DNA from: Octopus sinensis
Lineage: Eukaryota
Direction of reading: 5' to 3'
DNA: 64,000 nt
Assembly (NCBI RefSeq): GCF_006345805.1
Contig: NC_042998.1
Location: 77,128,001 to 77,192,000 of the forward strand
The notes under the pieces were generated by a model. The model saw only the letters and a list, made by a program, of their open reading frames with translations. It did no database searches and was not told where the DNA came from. Below, one piece after another: positions 12,741-26,792 of the stretch. A program made the translations under genes and the position numbers. Positions within the stretch are counted from its first letter, which is position 1; the number at the start of each line of letters is the position of its first letter.

Positions 12741-13253
12741 TATAAGTATTTGACAATATATATGTGTGTGTATATATATGTATAGATGTATATGTATATA
12801 CATATTATACATATGCTGTGATAAATGACGTCCAACTTTTAGTGAAAGCCAATTAACACATGATAAAAGCATGGTGTCTCTATAATAAAAGGAATAATTG
12901 AAATTATAAAGAAGAAAAATTTACATGTAGATCTCCCGCAAAAATATCATTCGGTGCACAAGAATGTGTTTCGTTTTAAACACGGCGTCAATACAATTGT
13001 AACGCAATTATGCTTGAACAATATATAAGAAGGATACTTTTCACGGGAAAACCGGGATTTAGGCAATTCATGTAACAGCAATCATTACCGTTACTTTTAA
13101 ATTAATACGCTTGCAACGAGTGCAGCAAATAGGCGATATATATATATGCATGTATGTATATATGTACGTATATATATATATATATATTCACACACATACA
13201 TATACATATATATGCATATATATACATATATATATGTATATATATATATGTAT

Positions 13254-13307
<54 letters not shown>

Positions 13308-13586
13308 CACACATACATATACATATGTAAATTTTCTATACATATATATACACATATATTTATATACACATACATATATATACATATATACATACACACA
13401 TACATATACATATGTAAATGTTTTTCTTTATAATTTGAATTTTTCATTTTATAATACAGATACCATGCTTTTATCATATGTTAATTGGCTTTCACTAAAA
13501 GTTCTATGTCACTTATCACAGCATATGTTTAATATATATACATACATACACAGACATATGCATACATACATACATACATACATACA

Positions 13587-13622
<36 letters not shown>

Positions 13623-13667
13623 TATGTGGGGGAGGTATATATATATATATATTGTCAAATACTTATA
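12741..13667. repeat. Long imperfect inverted repeat (arms about 12741-12927 and 13409-13667)
   Basis: tataagtatttgacaat pairs with attgtcaaatacttata, and gaaagccaattaac.catgataaaagcatgg pairs with its complement. The ORF track shows the same peptide on opposite strands. Confidence 0.85.
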
Positions 13668-15625
13668 AATTAGTTTTTACATCATCGTGATTATCTGGTT
13701 ATAGATTCTAAATTCTTTGTACATGTCTTTGTATTTATTGTTTTTTATCGATTATAAACTCTTTGGTATACACATTACTTCAGGAAATGATGCTAGATTA
13801 ATTCTTATCACGTCTACTCCGTGTCTCATATTTTTCCCATTAGAAGTAATTGTGTAAGCGGATAACTGATATTCAGTTATCTAGCATTAATGCAATTAAG
13901 TCAAGTATTATTGAACACTGTATATAAATAGTACATGAGCAGTATGTATGTGATGCTTGTAGTAAAAGTGCATTACTATGACTCTGTTGCTATGTTTTAA
14001 ATTCAAATCTGTTTGCTTTATTAATGTTTTCATTAAGAAATTATAATAGAAAGAGGTATACGCCAAAACACTAGATATACTAAAATTTAATTACTGACAC
14101 ATTATTTGTAAGGTAAGGTTCTGGGAATAGGAATGCCCAATCAAAGGAAACACTTATGGCGTGAGTTTAACTCAACAATTTGTGTTGATTTATCGGTGTT
14201 GCTTTCCATTCAGTTCATTGAAAACATAATTTTAAAGTCGTTTTTGTATTTGGTTTGCAAGATTCTTGATGCGAATTGCTCTGTTGATACAGATATTGTT
14301 GTGTCTTGGGAGGGTCATTACGCAGACACTGGTTCAATGTCACTTCTTTATTGTTTGTCAATCGGTTAAATATCTAACTGATTAAGTTTGTTTAGTGTGT
14401 TGGTATAAAAGACCATCAAACTGATCAAGGCGACGTTTGTAGTTACAACTATTCCTATCAATGAGCGTGATGATATGTCAGAAATATTATATCAGAATAG
14501 ATACTTAATTCTTAGACTTGTTAAGTTACTCTAGTGCTTATTTTATTTTACTTGAGAGTCGAAAAAAGAGCCAGTGGCTATTGGGTAGTCGGAGTTTAGT
14601 TCTTATACACAATAATCTCTAATTAAGGAGGTCCCACTGTTTTCTTTTCAGTGATTGTATACCTAGATAACATTATTAGCAAGTGACTACGTAGAAGCCC
14701 CTTCGTTGGCTTGGCTGAAAAGTAGTAGCTCCTACTACTGCAATCGAACCACGGATCTGTCATTTTTGGAGTGATTGTGCCACCTATTACACTAAGTGGA
14801 CGCCGAATGTAAATAACGCTTGTATAATATCGTCGCGATAGAACATAATTTTAGCTTTTTGTTATTATCAAATAACATTTATAGAAAATCAAATTTTAGT
14901 GCGTTATATGATTATTGTGCTTTTTTATTCTAGTAGAAGCAAATATTTTTAAATTGTGTATTTTTTCCTGGACATACCCAAACTAAAACTACATTGAACA
15001 TGGTAGAAGAAGTAAGAAACTCTTTGGCTGACAATATTTCGACATCGTTGCTGCTCTCATAACTAAGTATTTAATTTTCATTCATGCCAAATGACAAATC
15101 CAATTGATTCGATAGTATAAAATGCATATGTCCAATCAAAATACCTAATAATTTCAAAGCATATGTTCCATAATGTGAATGTAAATACACCATCTATAGA
15201 AATAGATAGGGACTCTTGTCGCAGCCACAACGAATTTTCTCATTCCGTGTCACATAAATATAGCTGAAATGTGAGAATTGTTAATGAGTCTAAAACAATG
15301 TAGTTTATTTTTTTGTTTCATGATATGCGAAATTGATAACAAATTCCATATTATTTTATGCTTCAAATACGATATTCATCTAGCGATATTCATCAAATGT
15401 TAATTAACGACAGTAAATACAAAGAGATGGAAACACCATAGCTGTTTATTTTGTGATTTTCTCACTAAATTTCACGTTGAGTGAAATTACTAAAGCGATA
15501 AATTATAAGAGAATGTCAGTTACATTTCACCAACAGCTCACCGTTACGTGTTATAAATGAATTTCACCCAAGCAAAGTTCTTAGTACACGCACACAAACA
15601 CACATGCACACAAACACACATGCAT

Positions 15626-15710
<85 letters not shown>

Positions 15711-15736
15711 ACACACACACACACATACATATTCTT

Positions 15737-16146
15737 TTCTTTCTTTTACTTGTTTCAGTCATTTTGACTGCGGCCATGCTGGAGCACCGCCCTTAGTCGA
15801 GCAACTCGACTCCGGGACTTATTCTTTGTAAGCCCAGTACTTAATCTATCGATCTCTTTTTGCCGAACTGCTAAGTTACGGGGACGTAAACACACCAGCA
15901 TCGGTTGTCAAGCAATGCTAGGGGGACAAACACAGCAGACACACAAACACACACATACATACATATATATATATACACATATAGGACAGGCTTCTTTCAG
16001 TTTCCGTCTACCAAATCCACTCACAAGGCATTGGTCGGCCCGGGGCTATAGTAGAAGACACTTGCCCAAGATGCCACGCAGTGGGACTGAACCCGGGACC
16101 ATGTGGTTGGTTAGCAAGCTACTTACCACACAGCCACTCCTATGCC
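15737..16146 (-). mobile_element. tRNA-derived CORE-type SINE (octopus OR1/OR2-like), full length
   Basis: Minus-strand head ggcataggagTGGCtgtgTGG (A box), GGTTCAgtcCC (B box), central gccttgtgagtggatttggtagacggaaactgaaagaagcc, internal microsatellite, tail ggtgctccagcatggccgcagtcaaaatgactgaaacaagtaaaaga. Confidence 0.85.
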
Positions 16147-16404
16147 TATATATATATATACGACATCTTGCGTCATCTTACGAGATGATACCTGTTTCAC
16201 ATTCAGCCGATTGTTCGGAAACTTCATCATAAGTTTAACCAGTTTATTAATATATCCATGAGAAGTATGTATATATGCCCTTTTGGGTCTGGGAGCCGTC
16301 TTGGTAGCACCAACATTTTTTTCTCTGCCCCAAGGCACATTCCTAACACGCCAGCTGAGTTTAATTCGTCCTAGTCGAAACACGCCTGTTTGTGATGTCC
16401 AGTT

Positions 16405-16444
<40 letters not shown>

Positions 16445-16446
<2 letters not shown>

Positions 16447-16985
16447 GAGTGAGAGAGCAGTTCATGCCATCAAAGTGACACTGGGGTAAAATATACGAAG
16501 CCCAATATACCCATCATGACTACCCGTCTGATAAAGGTACACCAGGCACATGCATCACAACCATATGTGCGCGACATGGTGATCTCATATCAAGATAAAC
16601 AGCACATGACCTTGCAGGTGGGGCCCAGTTAGAATTTTCTTCAGGTTGAGTAGCCCATCCCGCTCAAACGGTCCCTGAATAAGGGTTGTTTAAGGATGTT
16701 GAAAGAACCACCCATGTTTCCAGAGGTGAACTATTCAAACCCCAAATAATCCCTCTCAACACATGGCTATGATGCTCTCCCACAACTTCTGCTCGTGATC
16801 AGAGATGCACATATCGTCAGCCACTAAGGGACATGCTCAAATGGTTAAGGTCAAACAACTGACAAGCAAATCTGTGGTATTGAGCAGAATATTTGCTGTA
16901 GCCCATCTTTTATACCAAGACAAAACAATGTACATGATAACACTTCCAATCAGTTAAGATCAGAAGCCATGAGAGCCACTGCCTG

Positions 16986-16990
<5 letters not shown>
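16445..16990 (-). mobile_element. High-copy non-coding retroposon-like repeat ending in (AAT)n
   Basis: Near-identical inverted copy at 32455-32900; flanked by (TTA)n on both sides. Confidence 0.7.
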
Positions 16991-17050
<60 letters not shown>

Positions 17051-17084
17051 GTTTTTAAATATTATTTTTGTATTCATATTTGCG

Positions 17085-17325
17085 TAACATCGTCCGTTTT
17101 TCTGTGCTTGTTTTGTATACATTCGAAGCTTTCTTCCAATGAATCTAATGCGCTTAGATTAGTTTTTCCTTGGGCTGGCCAGATTGGAGCAATCTCAAGA
17201 TTAATCAGCCGAAATTGCGAGGATGATCCAGTTCTTGACTGAAGATTGAAGGCTTCGAATGTCCCGTCCATGTTTTTTGTATCGTCTTCTAAAAGTTTTG
17301 CGTTCTTGTTCCAGTTTGTATTTTT
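17085..17325. repeat. Unclassified interspersed repeat (copies at 45110-45420 and 48595-48790)
   Basis: Shared core tctcaagattaatcagccgaaattgc...cttgactgaagattgaaggct in three places, more diverged at 48.6 kb. Confidence 0.75.
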
Positions 17326-17374
17326 AATACATATATATATATATATATTATATATATATATAATATATATATAC

Positions 17375-17444
<70 letters not shown>

Positions 17445-19508
17445 ATATATATAGATATATATACATATATATATATGTGTGTGTGTATCTAAATATATAA
17501 AACGAGAGGGAGGGAGAGATAATGAGAAGAGAAAGAGTGAGAGAGAGAGAGAGAAAAGAGAAAAGAAGAGTTGAAATTTGATGCTTATATTAGTTTTATT
17601 TCATTAAAATCCAACAGAAAAGCGATTGAAGAGAGAATACGTACAATTAAAATCAAAATGATTAGAACTCAGCTATCACTATTTTGTTTACTTCCTCTTC
17701 CTGTACTAATGCAATAATTCAAATCAGCTAACATTGGCATTTCAAACAAAGAAAAGTTTTGGCATTATTTTCGTACAAAATGTTGCTGCAACTTTATTAT
17801 ATACACCATTTATTGTCTTATGATTTAAAAGTTTAAAGTAACTATTTATTATTTATTCATTTGTTTGTTTTAGCAATAAAATATAAAAAGATTTATTTCA
17901 TATTCAAAAGATCAAAATTTTATAATTTACTTATTCTATAAGTCAGCTTATATGAATGTTAAAGTTACAATACAACGGCTGGCATTCTTTGAAGCACAGG
18001 TACATAGAAGCTAATGAGAATACATTCCCCATTTAAATTCTTTGAAACTCGATTAAATTGTACGTCAGTATTTTTATAAATCAGAAACGATAAATCAGAA
18101 ACGATAAATCAGGATGGGTATCAAATATTTTGTTACCACGATCTACAATTGTATCTCTAACTCGATGTCTTTAACACTACCTTTTACAACTTTTACATCA
18201 ATCAATATCTAGCAATGTTTAGAAGTGCTTTAGCTTCATTTGTTATGTTTAGAGTTGCACTAAACATGTAAAACCGATGAATCAAGAACCACATAAATAG
18301 ATTTAAATGCTGTATTATCGTCAGTGATTTCATGACTCTACCCATTATTCTCGCTGGCAAACTGTGGAATGCAATTTTTACGAGCATTACAAAAATAATA
18401 TATTCCGCATAATAATTGTAGGAAAGAATTCATTTCACTAAATTTAGAAAGGAAAGCCAGGAAGAAAATTTTCTCCATATTTGCTGTCTTGAAACAGTGA
18501 CCTATTACGATTACTTACATAAGCTTTCAAAGATTATATATAACGTATTTCTTAACTACTCAACGAAAGAATATCTAGCTGTTGTTTTAAAAATGAAGAA
18601 CCTTTCGGATAATGTAGCAGAAGGTTCCTTATATCTAGGTGAAAGGTAGGATGATCAAACTCGGGTTGACTTATAGTTAAACACAATGAACAGTAAACTG
18701 TTGATTTAGAAACATGAACAAATATTGGCAGAATGAAATTAGTAAAATCCTCAAGAAATAAAGAAACGTTATAATAAACTTTTAGTTATAAATCTTAAAT
18801 TGTTGTGTGGTCTAAATGCTCATCATATCCATTTGGAGCTAATTAGTTAAAGAAGCGGTCCACCCTGCTGTATATATCTAAGTCATAATAGATCGTCATT
18901 TATTGCTAACTTTTACACATAATTGTTTGATGCTAATAACGTTTCATAATTATAATTTCAAAAAGCAAAATAAAGATATCCATTTAATAGGCTTGAGAAC
19001 AAAGACAGAAACATTATTTGAATCAGTCAAAAGGAAACCAAATTTGCAATATAAATCAGATTCTCATATAAATGCTAATGTGACTGAAGTACTTGAAATA
19101 ATAACAAATCGCCCTCAATATAACCTCGTATTTGGTTCAAAATAATGACTTACACTTTAGTCAATTTGAATATATAATTGATGGTTTGTATTACTTTCAA
19201 AAGGTTTGCAATGTCGATAAGTATGCAAAACTAGCACATTATGCTTTTTGATAACGATGCTACAAATGTCTATTTATCTCTCTCTCTCTCTCTTTCTCTG
19301 TTAGGGTCGTTGGGCATATCTCGATCATGTTCATAATAGTGTTCAGTAATCCTAATTTTATTGATGTTTTGTTGTTGCTCACGCAGTTCTTGTTACTGTG
19401 GTTCTTTATCTTATTATTTCTTCCTCCTGTTCTCTTTCATATTTTATTTCTTTTTTTCTTCATCCTCTACTTTTTCTTTTGGTTATTATTATTATTATTA
19501 TTATTATT

Positions 19509-22500
19509 CAGTAGTTTTATTTTTATAGCGTGCTTTCACTTCACTACCGAGCGCAGCTCTGTGAGCCTTGGGTATGTGCTGTGATTTGTTGTGATGCTCT
19601 GATGGTTATTGTATGGAAAATGTTCTGCGTAGGATGTGTGCAGTGCCTAGTAGTGCAATTTTCTGTATGTTATATGTGTTTGTAAGTCCTGGTGTTTTTG
19701 TTATGTATTTGTCTGAATATTTTTTATCATGCCTAATGCACCTACTATGATAGGAATTGTTTCTGTTTTCAGATTCCACATTCTAGTTACCTCTATTTCC
19801 AGGTTTTTGTATTTTGAGAGTTTCTCCATTTCTTTTAGAGACACGTTGTCATCTGCCGGTATTGATACATCAATTAGAAAGCATTTTTTTCTTCATGATC
19901 TCTGACAACTATATCTGGTCTGTTGGCCTTAATTTCTCTATCTGTGTGTATCGGCATATCCCAGAGTATGGTTGCTTTCTCGTTTTCTGTGACCTTTTCT
20001 GGTGTGTGCCTATACCATCTTTTTTCTGTTGTTATTCCATAATGTTGGCATAGCTTCCAATGTATGTAGGTTCCAACTCTGTCATGTCTGTGAATATATT
20101 CCTTCTTAGCCAGGACTGGGCAGCTAGAGATAATATGATTTATTGTTTCTTGTCCATCTCCACATATTCTGCAGTTACTTGTAATATTTCTTTTCATTAC
20201 ATGTTTTTGGTAATTTCTGGTGGGGAGGCTTTGGTCTTGTGCTGCAATTAAAAATCCCTCTGTTTCTGCTTTGAGTCCTGAGCTTCTCAACCATTGTCTA
20301 TTTCTTTTGCGTTTAGTTTAGTGCAGTATTTACTATGAAAGGGCTTTTCTTGCCATCGTTTTATCACGGTTCGTTGCTGTTCTATTTTTAGTTTGGATTT
20401 CATTTGTTTTATAGCTTTTGTTGTTTCTTCATCTTCTTCTTCTTCTTCTTCATGTTTATTAGGTGGTATGATTTCTTGTTTGTATTTGTCAGCTTCCTTA
20501 AATACTGAGAACAGTTTTTTGTTTTGCTCGTGTTTTGCTGCTATCTGGATCAGTTTTCCTTCCTTCTGAAGTAGATATTTTTGCAGTCCTATGGTGGTTA
20601 TTTTATAGTAGTTTTCCAGCTGTATAAGGCCTCTACCACCTTCTATACGTTGTATATATAGTCTTTCTATGTCAGATTTTGGGTGATGCATCGTAGATCC
20701 TGTCATTATTTTTCTTGTTTTCCTATCTATTTTGGACAGTTCATTTCGTGTCCAGTTAAGGATATTGTAGCTGTAACTTATAACTGGGAGAGCTAAAGTG
20801 TTGATACCTATTATCTTGTTTTTAGCATTGAGCTCTGTTTTTAGTATTGATCTAACTCGTCTATAATATTCTTTTTTTATTTTCTCTTTCATTTGTGTGT
20901 GTTGTGTCTTATCTAGTTCATGGATTCCTAAGTATTTGTAAGTTTGGCTTTGGTCTAATTCTTTTATTTCATTGGTTTTATCTAGTGTGATGTTGTTACT
21001 CTTAACTAGTTTTCCTCTTTTCATGGTTACTTTGGCGCATTTTTCTAATCCAAATTTCATATCTATTTCTTTGGTAAATCCATGAACTGTCTTTAATAGT
21101 GTTCCAGCTGTTTGTCATTTGCAGCGTATAGTTTTAGGTCATCCATATATAAAAGGTGGCTGATCGTTTTGCCGTAACATTTATATCCGGATCCAGTTCT
21201 ATTTAGCATATCAGATAGAGGTGACAGTGCCAAGCAGAAAAGGAGTGGAGAGAGCGTGTCTCCCTGGAATATTCCTCTTCTAATGGGGATGTCTTTGGTT
21301 TTCATGAGTCCCTCTTTTGTTTGGAGGTGTAGGACTGTTTGCCATTTATTCATAGAGTGCTCTATGAATTTTATGATTGTTGGTGCTACTTTGTTAATGG
21401 CTAGTGTTTCGAGGATCCATGTGTGGGGGATGCTATCAAACGCCTTTTTGTAGTCAATCCAGGCCATACTGAGGCCTTTCCTCTTTCTGTGGATGTCTTC
21501 AGTTACGGCTTTATTAATCATTAGTTGATCTTTACAGCCATATGAGCCCTTGCGGCATCCTTTCTGCTCTTCTGGGAACAGTTTGTTTTCGTCCAGGTGC
21601 TTGTTCAGCCTTTGCGATATCACTGCAGTAAATGCCTTGAACATAGTAAGGAGGCAGGTTATTGGTCTGTAGTTTTCTGGTTTTGCCGTTTCATTTGATT
21701 TGGGAATTAAGATGGTTTTCCCCTTCGTGAGCCATTCAGGCATTGTCTCTGGCTCTGCTAGTATGCTGTTAAAGTTTTCAGCCAGCTTTTTGTGCATTCC
21801 TGTTAGATATTTCAACCAGAAGTTGGGGATCTTGTCATGCCCAGGTGCCTTCCAGTTGCTTAGTTTTTGCAGAGCCTGGGTGACCTCTTCAGTTGTTATG
21901 GGGGTCCAAAGTTGTTTAGATGCCGAGTTTGTTATTTTGATACTCCTTTTTTTTGGCTATTCGTTCGGCGACCATATTTCTCTCCAGAATTCTTCCAATT
22001 CTTCTGCCGTTGGTGCTGCAGTGACTTCTATTTTATTTTTGCCCAGTTCTTGGTAGAACTTTTTGGGGTTGGAGTTGAACTTTTTGTTCTGTTCAAAGAA
22101 GCGTTGGCGTTTCTCGTACCGGCGGATCCTTTGAGCTTTGGCAAGGATATCTTGCTTCAGCTTTTCTTTTATCTCCGGCAAATCTTTTTCTGTGATGTTA
22201 TATTTGCGGAGTATTTTTGTTCTCTTTTTGTTGCTTGTTTGATTGTTTGCTGATTTCATTAAGAATCGACAGGTCTTTTCTAATTTTTAAAATTTTGTTT
22301 TGGATGTTATTTATCCACAGGGTTTGTTTGGGTGGTGGTACTCCTGTTTGGGCGGGTTTGGGTGAGTATCCAGCTTCTTTTGTGGCTGCAGTGGCTGTTG
22401 CGTATATCAAGTCATTTAGCTCAGTGATATCACTTTTTTTTGTTTCAGTGGCTAGTTCAGTGACGGCTAGGTTTATGCTGTTTACAATTGGTGTTGTTAT

Positions 22501-23443
22501 TTCGTTTATTTTGATTCTTGGGAGGTATGGTCGGTGGTCCATTTTGGGCTCTGTGGTTTTCAGTTCTTTGATTATTTTATTTTTTATATTATCATAATCA
22601 TTAGGCTCCCCTTCGTTGTTTACATCGTGTTTGTTGGGAATGTTGCGTTTGTCTTCGTGTTTTACAGTTTCAGTGTTTATATTATTGGGCATTGTTGTGT
22701 GGCTTCTATCTACATTTGTCTGGTATATTTTTTCTTTTAAATGTTCTATTTCTATTTCTGATATTTTTTGGCTTTGAGAATGTATCTTCGTACGTTAGCT
22801 AATTTATTAGGGTTCATTGCTGTATCCAAGTCTATATCTCTATTATTTTCCTTCCATATTTTATATGTATGTGTTGTTGTATTTTCATTTTTTGGGTAGA
22901 GCATTGCTGTGAAGTATGCGTGTAAGATAGAAGTGTTTTCCTCACGTGTCCATTTACGTCTTTTGGGTTTTATTTGCGGGACATGAGGTACAACGTCCGG
23001 CCCATTATTTTGACGGTCGTCATTTTCGTAGGGTACCGGTCCGTTTATTTCTGTTGTCACATTATTTCGCACGTGTAGTTTTTCGTACATTTTTTGTTGT
23101 AAGTTTAATGTACGTACCGCTCGATTGTTATTCTTGGGTTGAATAGTATCGGTGGCATTTAATTTCTTCGTAGTTCCTTTGTACATGGTGTTTGGGGTCG
23201 GGGATGATCGTGATGTTCCACGCATGTTTACATGTGTTGTGTTAGAGGTGGAGATGATATCGAGTCAAAATACATCATTTCGTTTCGAAAATAGTAATAA
23301 ATTTCAATTAGTATTACTTACTCGGATACAGTCCAATTCTTTGTTAGTAAATCTTTGGCTCCATAGGATGTCCTTGTTTTCGATGTTTGTGGATAGATTT
23401 CGGAGCTCTGTATTTTCTTTCTTACATCTTAAACGTCCCCCGG
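19509..23443 (-). mobile_element. Near-full-length R4/Dong-clade non-LTR retrotransposon (RT, CCHC knuckle, restriction-like endonuclease), frameshifted
   Basis: ORF pieces RRKWTREEN, NYRPITCL, WIDYKKAFDS, GIFQGDTLSPLLF, HLLYMDDLKLYA, CRICGDGQETINHIISSC, RHD and NRPDIVV; (TAA)n on both flanks. Confidence 0.95.
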
Positions 23444-23479
23444 TATTATTATTATTATATTATTATTATTATTTCCTTC

Positions 23480-23853
23480 TTTCAAATTTTCTTCCGTTTC
23501 TCATCGAGTGTTTTCCGTACACCTAGGGCAGAGAAGCTCATTGTATGCATTCCCAGATTGCACACACAAATTCACAGGTATCTGTAGGAGTTTGCGGTGT
23601 GTTTCTCTAGGGTTGGCCTATTTATGCAAAGTAATAAGTATATATTACTTCTTTATATTATTCCCGGTTTCATTTAGTTCTTTTACATTTATCATTATTA
23701 TTATTATTATTATTATTGTTGTTGTTGTTGTTGTTGTTTCTTTTCCTTCTTTCTTCAAATTTTTTCCATTTCTCGCTGAGATTTTTCCGTAAACCTAGGG
23801 CAGAGCAGCTCATTGTATGCATTCCCAGATTACACACGCAAATTCACAGGTAA
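23480..23853 (-). repeat. Two copies (about 23480-23582 and 23745-23853) of a short retroposon 3' end, each running into (AAT)n
   Basis: Duplicated ttttccgta.acctagggcagag.agctcattgtatgcattcccagatt.cacac.caaattcacaggta, each next to a trinucleotide tract. Confidence 0.65.
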
Positions 23854-24038
23854 AATATGCATTTAAAATAATTAATGAATAAATTCATGAATGGATGTTG
23901 TTTTCACAGCGATAATGTCGTTCCAGTTAACACGATTTTTGCACTTCCTGTAGGGATGGTAACCCTGGTATCATTTTCAAATAGGTTTCAGTACCTTTTT
24001 TTTCATTCCTAGAGATAGAGATATTATTATTATTATTA

Positions 24039-24090
<52 letters not shown>

Positions 24091-24094
24091 TATT

Positions 24095-24654
24095 GTCTTC
24101 GCACAGCTGGACATGTACTACGGTGCCACCTGTTTACTACCAGTGAACTAAGGTGACAGTCCTTATTTTGCGAGTTCCATTCGGAGTATTCGAGCGGTTC
24201 CAAACAGTGCTGTTTTCTGCAAGTATTCCACCCTTATTGCATCCACTATTTGTTCCATGTACTTCTCAAGATGTCCCTTACTGTTCCCAGGGCTCCGACA
24301 ATTATTGATACTACTACCTCCTTTTTCATCGACCACAACTGCTTAACCCCCTCAACTTAACCTCTCATATCTATCGACCTTTCTTTCTTCCTTATCGCAT
24401 ACCTTGTTGTCAGCTGGGCATGCTACATCTATGACCCAGCATTGTTTGCTCTCTTTCTCAATTAATGCCATGTCTGGTTTCCTATTCTCTATCTCATGGT
24501 CGCACTGAATCATAAAATCCCAAAGCATCATTGCATTATCATCTTCGATGATGCCCTCGGGCCTTTGTTCGTATCACTTTCTTTGCTCTGTCAAGTCCAT
24601 ACTTGTTGCAAAGAGGAGTCCAATAGACAATCCTTGCCATATTGTCATGATGGG

Positions 24655-24655
<1 letters not shown>
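24095..24655 (-). mobile_element. 5'-truncated copy of a second R4/Dong-like family (REL domain only)
   Basis: Minus strand reads HDNMARIVYW...LWDFMIQCDHEIENRKPDMALIEKESKQCWVIDVACP...IVGALG; long (TTA)n on both sides. Confidence 0.85.
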
Positions 24656-24719
<64 letters not shown>

Positions 24720-26147
24720 TTATCATCATCATCATCATTGTCGTCATCACTTCCTCCTCTCATCATTTTTATTACTATTACAATAAAATGTTTGCTCTTG
24801 AAGTGAATATCCTCATTATTGAGACTGAGGATGTAAATATTTTTTTCTCAAGAACAGAATAGAAAACGATAATTTTCTTCATTACTGTTTTATTTGTAAT
24901 GTTCCCAGTCTGTTTAACAGCTGTTATAGCGCTTTACACAATGCTTGTATGATAAGAGGAACATCTTTCACGTGAACTTTCTAAAGTATAAAATTTTCTG
25001 TTACATCTGTTTCAACTATCCGGTCATCGTATAATGGGAGCAAACAAGGTTCTGGCACACTGAAGTTGCTGTTCCTTTCCCAGTCTCTGTCATTGAACAT
25101 TTTAAAAATAATATTCGATTATTATTATTTTTCATTGTGATAATATTTCTCCTTTGAAATGCTAGAAATTACAACGTTAGGCATTTAACTGGTTGTAAGA
25201 AAAGATGTATTTCTTAGAGTTGGTGAAGCAATAAAAAATGCTAAGCAAAATTTGGATAGATAATAGTTTATATGTCATAGATAAACAATAAAGTAAGTTA
25301 AAATATGAATCCAATATGATTCAAACTCAGGTACAAAATGTAGAATTTTGAAAGTTTTTTGTTACTCGGTGCCTCGCTTCCTGTGCCTTTCCAATCTCTT
25401 TGCGTATGAATAGATACAATATGATCTGTTGAAAACTATCCATTCGACCACTTTCCGTTCAACTTTGGATTCATCAAAAATATCATATGACTTCTTGAAA
25501 ATATGCTTATTAGATGGAATGTTGCTGATTTTAAAACAAATTAATTTAACCGAGCAGCCCCCAACATCACTACACCCCCTCTGCCCCCCCCAAAAAAAAA
25601 CAGAGATTACTACAATGTTTAGGACAGATAATAAAATATAGGAAACAGATACCTTTATTTCATTAGTAAAACTACGCGGTGGGTATTGAAAATCTGATAG
25701 AAAAAAAAAGAATTAAATATTTTCCCGAATATATTTTGAATAAAAATACCGAAAACGGCCTTGATATTCAAAGAAACTTCCTGATACGACACGTGTTTAA
25801 TTTGATTTTGGAATGTGAATATAACTTCTAAATTTATTGAAGGAAAAAATTATTTCTTAAGTGATAAATCATTTAAAGAAACGTCAACAAATTATTACAA
25901 AAAAAACTAATTATGTTAGTTTGAGATGCGAACAAAAAATAGGGAAACAAGAGTGGGAAAATGATTAGCTTTATTAAATGTCATAACATCTGTGAATCAT
26001 AATATGAGAAAATTTCCAAATTTCGTTTCAGGAGGAGTAGAATTTATTGGTTAATGATCACATATAACAGAATGAAACGCACGGCAACCCACTATAACAC
26101 GCACGCACACACACACACATGTATATATATATATATATATACATATG

Positions 26148-26365
26148 AGAGGGATGACCACTATGTGGACAACCCTTATGCTAGAAGTAGATCCGCTATG
26201 GTCTTAAAGCTAAGAAATTTTCTCAAGAAATATTTAGCAAACACCAGAACGTAAGCGAGCAAGACAAATGAAAAGTAACAAAAATATAGATTATTCACAT
26301 AAATGTATCACAATTAACAGAATTATGTAATTTTACTTACGCAATTTCTCCGTAGATCTTCAGTG
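26148..26365. repeat. Unclassified repeat, inverted homologue at about 48200-48417
   Basis: gctagaagtagatccgctatggtc...tttagcaaacaccaga...caaatgaaaag.aacaaaaatatagatta is shared. Confidence 0.7.
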
Positions 26366-26706
26366 TGACCGTCAATACAAATATAATATGCAGAACTATA
26401 TACGGGGACGTCCGCACGAGGTCAGACCTCTATATAGTTCTACTTGTTACACTTGCGGTTATTTTTCAAAAGTCCTCGTTTTGGCGCGCTAAATTACCGG
26501 AAAATAATACTGCAGAAAATAATTTACTGCAGTGTCTTTTGCCAGTTAGAGAACGTTTTAATTTAAATTTAAATTTAAAATGAGTGTGGGAAATTCGATA
26601 TTATTTTAATATCAATTTAACATCAGTGGGTCTAACATATTAAAATCTGAAGGTTCAGTAAATTATATTATATACATGTGAGAGGGATGACCACTATCTT
26701 GGACAA

Positions 26707-26780
<74 letters not shown>

Positions 26781-26792
26781 GTATGTATATTA

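Noticed and set aside
12945-12995. Minus-strand TTGACGC...GAAACAC..GTGCA hammerhead-like string
   Set aside because: A9 and U16.1 are both wrong and stem I is absent.
14700-14795. tRNA-like A and B boxes on the minus strand
   Set aside because: No cloverleaf; at best an old SINE head.
17170-17270. Structured GC-rich core of the unclassified repeat tested as an HDV-like or hammerhead ribozyme
   Set aside because: Too short between the putative P2 strands for an HDV fold, and CUGAAGA is not followed by stem II and GAAA.
21256-23146. Plus-strand ORFs of 65-128 aa
   Set aside because: They are the antisense shadow of the Dong/R4 coding sequence.
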